Positions 60,439 to 64,000 of a stretch of DNA of 64,000 nt are shown in pieces; position 1 is the first letter of the stretch, and each line of letters begins with the position of its first letter. The notes under the pieces are model-generated. The model did no database searches. It saw only the letters and a list, made by a program, of their open reading frames with translations, and was not told where the DNA came from. The DNA is from a bacterium (GTDB lineage: Bacteria > Chloroflexota > Dormibacteria > Aeolococcales > Bog-877), in contig JAJYXT010000100.1 in the NCBI GenBank assembly GCA_021801645.1, forward strand, positions 4,364 through 68,363, read 5' to 3'. A program made the position numbers and the translations under genes.

Positions 60439-61919
60439 CCGGGGAGCCCCCGGCCGCGGGAGGCTCCCTGGCCCAGATCCTGGAGGAGCGCAGGCGCAAG
60501 GCCGCCCTCCTGGCCGAAACCGGGGTGCGGCCCTGGGGCGTCGACTTCACCCCCGACCACAGCTGCAAGGAGGCGGCCGAATTGGCGCCGTCCGCGGTCG
60601 GGGTCAAGGGACAGCGGGTCGCCGTGGCCGGCCGGATCCTCCGGCTCAGGCCCAGCGGCGGGATCACCTTCGCCGACATCTTCGACGCCAGCGGACGGCT
60701 TCAGCTGCTGGCCTCGGCCGACGGGGAGGATCCGAAGCTGGTTCAGCGGCTGGGGGAGTTGGACCTCGGCGACATCGTCGGCGCCAAGGGTGTGCTTATC
60801 AGGACCAGACGCGGTGAGCCATCCCTGGAGCTGTCGGAGCTGTCACTGCTGGCCAAGGCGCTCCGGCCGCCGGCGGGCAAGCACTCAGGGGTGGTGGACA
60901 CCGAGCTTCGCTACCGCCGCCGCTACCTGGACCTCCTGACCACTCCGGAGCACCAGGTTGCCTTCCGCCAGCGATCCGCGGTGATCGGATCACTGCGCCG
61001 GACCCTGGACGAGCGTGGGTTCCTGGAAGTGGAGACCCCCGTCCTCCAGCCCATCCCCGGGGGTGGGGAGGCCCGGCCCTTCAGCACTCACCACAACTCC
61101 CTTGGGACCGACCTCTACCTGCGCATCGCCCTGGAGCTGTATTTGAAGCGGCTGCTGGTGGCGGGCTTCGAGCGCGTGTACGAGGTGGGGCGTGTCTTCC
61201 GCAACGAGGGGCTCTCCCCGCGCCACAACCCCGAGTTCACCCTCCTGGAGGCCTACCAGGCGTACGGGGACCTGGCCTCAATGATGGCCCTCTGCGAGGC
61301 CCTGGTGGCCGGCGCGGTAGGGGCAGCGGCTGAGGCCGGACCGGTCCCGGAGTCCGCCCGGGACCTCCGCCCCCCGTTTCCCCGCAGAACCATGGCCGAA
61401 CTGGTCGGCTCCGGGCTGGGAGTGGACCCGCTCTCGCTCTGGGCCGAGCCCGGCGAGCTGGCCGCGACGGCTCGGACAGCCGGCGCGACCGGGCCCCTCC
61501 CCGACACCTCGGGTGAGCTGCTCTTCGCGATCTACGAGCAGTTGGTCGAGCCCACCATCGAGGTCCCGACGTTCGTCACCGACTACCCGGTCGAGGTCTC
61601 CCCGCTGGCCCGCCGCTCCGCCGATCCGCGCTTCTGCGAGCGGTTCGAGCTGGTGGTCCGAGGGCGTGAGCTGGCCAACGCCTTCTCCGAGCTCAACGAC
61701 CCGGTGGAGCAGCGACGCCGCTTCGAGGAGCAGGCGCGGCGCCGAGCCCAGGGGAACCTCGAGGTACCACCGTTCGACGAGGACTTTGTCGAGGCGCTGG
61801 AGCATGGCATGCCCCCGGCCGGGGGGATCGGGCTCGGGGTGGACCGGCTGGTGATGCTCTTGGTGGGGGCGCCCAGCATCCGCGACGTGGTCCTCTTCCC
61901 CACGCTGCGCCCGGAGTAG
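60435..61919 (+). CDS. lysS: lysine--tRNA ligase (class II)
   Basis: OB-fold N-terminus, then RYRRRYLDL, FLEVETPVLQ, FRNEG, ELANAFSELNDP and GIGLGVDRLVML. GTGA overlap with greA. Confidence 0.95.
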   Translation: MTGEPPAAGGSLAQILEERRRKAALLAETGVRPWGVDFTPDHSCKEAAELAPSAVGVKGQRVAVAGRILRLRPSGGITFADIFDASGRLQLLASADGEDPKLVQRLGELDLGDIVGAKGVLIRTRRGEPSLELSELSLLAKALRPPAGKHSGVVDTELRYRRRYLDLLTTPEHQVAFRQRSAVIGSLRRTLDERGFLEVETPVLQPIPGGGEARPFSTHHNSLGTDLYLRIALELYLKRLLVAGFERVYEVGRVFRNEGLSPRHNPEFTLLEAYQAYGDLASMMALCEALVAGAVGAAAEAGPVPESARDLRPPFPRRTMAELVGSGLGVDPLSLWAEPGELAATARTAGATGPLPDTSGELLFAIYEQLVEPTIEVPTFVTDYPVEVSPLARRSADPRFCERFELVVRGRELANAFSELNDPVEQRRRFEEQARRRAQGNLEVPPFDEDFVEALEHGMPPAGGIGLGVDRLVMLLVGAPSIRDVVLFPTLRPE

Positions 61920-61921
61920 CC

Positions 61922-61940
61922 GGGTGGGCTGAGCCCACCT
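61922..61940 (+). terminator. hairpin between lysS and serS
   Basis: GGGUGGGC-UGA-GCCCACCU: a 7-8 bp stem immediately after the lysS stop, followed by a weakly U-containing CGGUUGCGU. A function as terminator or attenuator is inferred. Confidence 0.35.
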
Positions 61941-61961
61941 CGGTTGCGTAACCTAGAACCC

Positions 61962-63245
61962 GTGCTGGCCCTCAGCTATATCCGTGACCATCCCGACCTG
62001 GTCCGGGAAGGAGCCCGTCTCAAGGGCGAGGATGCCCCGGTGGACGAGGTCCTGCGGCTGGATCGCGAGCATCGAACTGCGCTGACCCAGGTGGAGACCC
62101 TGCGGGCCGAGCTCGGCCAGCGTTCCGCAGAAGTGGGACGGCGAGCCCGGGAGGAGCCGTCGGCCGCCGCGGCGGAGCGCTCTGAGCTGGCGGAGCTGAA
62201 GCGCCGCATTGGGGAGCTGGACGCGCACCGCCGTGAGGTTTGGGAGGAGCTGCAGCGGCTTCTCCTGACGATCCCCAACCCGCCCCACCCCTCGGTCCCC
62301 TTCGGCGTCGGGGACGAGGACAACCAGGTGGTCCGCACCTGGGGGGAGGCGCCCACGTTCGACTTCGAGCCGCTGACCCACTACGACCTCGGGGAGCGGC
62401 TGGGCATCTTCGACTTCGAGCGGGCGGTGAAGGTCGCCGGGAGCCGGTTCGCGCTCCTCAAGGGGCCGGGGGCCAGGCTGGAGCGCGCCCTCACCTGGCT
62501 GATGCTCGATCTCGCCACCGCCGACCACGGCTACGAGGAGGTCTCGCCCCCCTACATGGTGAGCCGGGATTGCATGGTGGGTACCGCTAACCTTCCCAAG
62601 TTTGAGGATGAGGCCTTCCACGTGGCGGAGGGCGACCGCTTTCTGATCCCCACCGCCGAGGTCCCGGTGACCAACCTCTACCGGGAGGAGGTGCTTGACG
62701 CCGACCGGCTTCCCATCCGGCACGTGGCCTGGACGCCCTGCTGGCGGAGTGAGGCCGGGGCACCGGGGAAGGACACGCGGGGGTACATCCGTCTGCACCA
62801 GTTCAGCAAGGTGGAGCTGGTTAAGTTCGTGCGGCCGGAGGATTCCCTGGACGAGCTGGAGTCCCTGGTGCGCGACGCGGAGTCGGTTCTCCAGGCGCTC
62901 GGCATCCACTACCGGGTGCGGCTGATGTGCTCGGGGGACATGGGCTTCGCCCAGTGGAAGAAGTACGACATCGACGCCTACGCTCCCGGTCTGGGCCGCT
63001 ACCTCGAAGTCTCGTCATGCTCCGTCTTCGGGGACTTCCAGGCCCGGCGGGCCAACATTCGCTTCAGGCTCCCCGGGGGGAAGCCCGAGTTCGTGCACAC
63101 CCTCAACGGGAGCGCCCTTGCCCTGCCTCGCACCTTCGACTGCCTGGTTGAGACCTACCAGACGAAGGGGGGCGGGATCCGGGTGCCCGAGGCGCTCCGT
63201 GGCTACCTGGGCGGCCTTGAGGAGATTGGCCCCCCGGAGTCTTGA
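61962..63245 (+). CDS. serS: serine--tRNA ligase
   Basis: The N-terminal coiled coil begins (V)[13 protein letters not shown], aligning with MLD..LiR. Class II motifs [24 protein letters not shown] and TLNGSALA are present. The track start is TTG 61944. Confidence 0.95.
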   Translation: MLALSYIRDHPDLVREGARLKGEDAPVDEVLRLDREHRTALTQVETLRAELGQRSAEVGRRAREEPSAAAAERSELAELKRRIGELDAHRREVWEELQRLLLTIPNPPHPSVPFGVGDEDNQVVRTWGEAPTFDFEPLTHYDLGERLGIFDFERAVKVAGSRFALLKGPGARLERALTWLMLDLATADHGYEEVSPPYMVSRDCMVGTANLPKFEDEAFHVAEGDRFLIPTAEVPVTNLYREEVLDADRLPIRHVAWTPCWRSEAGAPGKDTRGYIRLHQFSKVELVKFVRPEDSLDELESLVRDAESVLQALGIHYRVRLMCSGDMGFAQWKKYDIDAYAPGLGRYLEVSSCSVFGDFQARRANIRFRLPGGKPEFVHTLNGSALALPRTFDCLVETYQTKGGGIRVPEALRGYLGGLEEIGPPES

Positions 63246-63302
63246 CAGCAGTCTCTCGAAGCATTACTCTCGAGACTCCGCTCGCCAATAGGAGTTCCCG
63301 AG

Positions 63303-64000
63303 TTGCCCTGGTCCCTCCGCCTTCCCGGAATCCTCAGAGAACGACGGTTTCTGATCTTCGCGGGCGGTCAGGGGGTGTCGGCCATCGGGGACGGGGTCTA
63401 CCTCGTGGCCCTGGCCTGGACGTCGCTGCAGCTCACCCGCTCCCCGGTCTACCTGGGGCTGCTGCTGACCACCTCGGCCCTCCCGAGGGCGATCCTCATG
63501 CTCGCGGGCGGGGTGGTGGTCGACCGCCTCGGCCCGCGCCGGGTGATCCTGGGAAGCGACATGAGCCGCGCGCTGCTCATCAGTGGGGTCGCGGCGGTGG
63601 TCCTCCTGGGCCATCTGTCTGTCCTGCTGCTCTTCCTGATCGCCTCCATCTTCGGTGTCTTCGACGCCCTCTTCTACCCCGCGACGATGACCCTGGTGCC
63701 GGCGCTGGTCAGCCCCGAGCGGCTGTCCGCCGCCAATGGCGTCTGGCAACTGGCGGTGGAGGGGACCATGATCATCGGCCCGCCGCTGGGTGGGCTGGTG
63801 ATCGGGCTGGCCGGGCCGGGGCCGGCGTTTCTCGTGGACGGGGGGAGCTTCCTGGTAGCGTTCGCCGCGCTGCTGGTGGTCCGGGCCACCACCGCCCCGG
63901 GTCCCACGTCCCAGCCCAGGGAGAGCGGATGGGCCTCCCTGACAGCCGGGTTGCGCGCCAGCCTTGCCAACCCCCTTCTGCGGGCACTCATGCCGCTCAC
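63303..64000 (+). CDS. MFS transporter (EntS/MFS_3-like), 3' end outside window; absent from the ORF track
   Basis: My hand translation from TTG 63303 (GGAG 8 nt upstream) gives RFLIFAGGQGVSAIGDGVYLVALAW...LLLTTSALPRAILMLAGGVVVDRLGPRRV...GPPLGGLVIGLAGPGPAFLVDGGSFL. There is no stop before 64000 and third-position GC is very high. Confidence 0.8.
   Translation, partial: MPWSLRLPGILRERRFLIFAGGQGVSAIGDGVYLVALAWTSLQLTRSPVYLGLLLTTSALPRAILMLAGGVVVDRLGPRRVILGSDMSRALLISGVAAVVLLGHLSVLLLFLIASIFGVFDALFYPATMTLVPALVSPERLSAANGVWQLAVEGTMIIGPPLGGLVIGLAGPGPAFLVDGGSFLVAFAALLVVRATTAPGPTSQPRESGWASLTAGLRASLANPLLRALMPL

Noticed and set aside
1-64000. Search for CRISPR arrays, tRNA, rRNA and tmRNA
   Set aside because: I saw no regularly spaced direct repeats, no T-loop (GGTTCGAATCC-like) plus acceptor architecture and no rRNA-like conserved blocks by eye. 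A tRNAscan/Infernal run would be needed to be certain.

Overview
This is a high-GC (about 70% by eye, not computed), gene-dense bacterial chromosome segment. Gene content and order look actinobacterial: argCJBD-argR-argGH, ClpS+DUF2017, HelY-like helicase, Lgt, CoaX, GreA-LysS-SerS, MMPL+MarR and an orphan ParA. I can support about 60 protein-coding genes. Many long ORFs in the track are antisense shadow ORFs typical of high-GC DNA. Many real genes start inside the listed ORF, and 4-nt ATGA/GTGA stop/start overlaps are common. I saw no rRNA, tRNA or CRISPR array. The window has core blocks at about 1-22.3 kb and 29.6-64 kb. Between them, at about 22.3-29.5 kb, lies a decaying accessory block. 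It holds an IS256-type transposase fragment, a type IV coupling-protein fragment, HTH/recombinase remnants, an intact Phd/RelE module, and two genes broken by a stop codon or a 1-nt frameshift. The most notable observations are: (1) a PRXL2/SelU-like thioredoxin-fold gene whose frame continues through TGA 903-905 exactly at the redox position (U-L-P-C), with a good SD/TTG start and a downstream hairpin, making it a candidate selenoprotein that the ORF track truncates; (2) a tandem-USP protein fused to two PCP_red-like domains, a zinc ribbon and a tail with two CPVxHG motifs; (3) a glutaredoxin-like/thioredoxin-reductase-like fusion lacking the HRR NADPH motif; (4) an uncharacterised 567-aa protein with a nucleoside-phosphorylase-like C-terminus, translationally coupled to alpha-glucan phosphorylase; (5) two long structured non-coding regions (45.6-46.06 kb and 58.66-58.91 kb). 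Every family assignment comes from reading the translations by eye; no database search was run.
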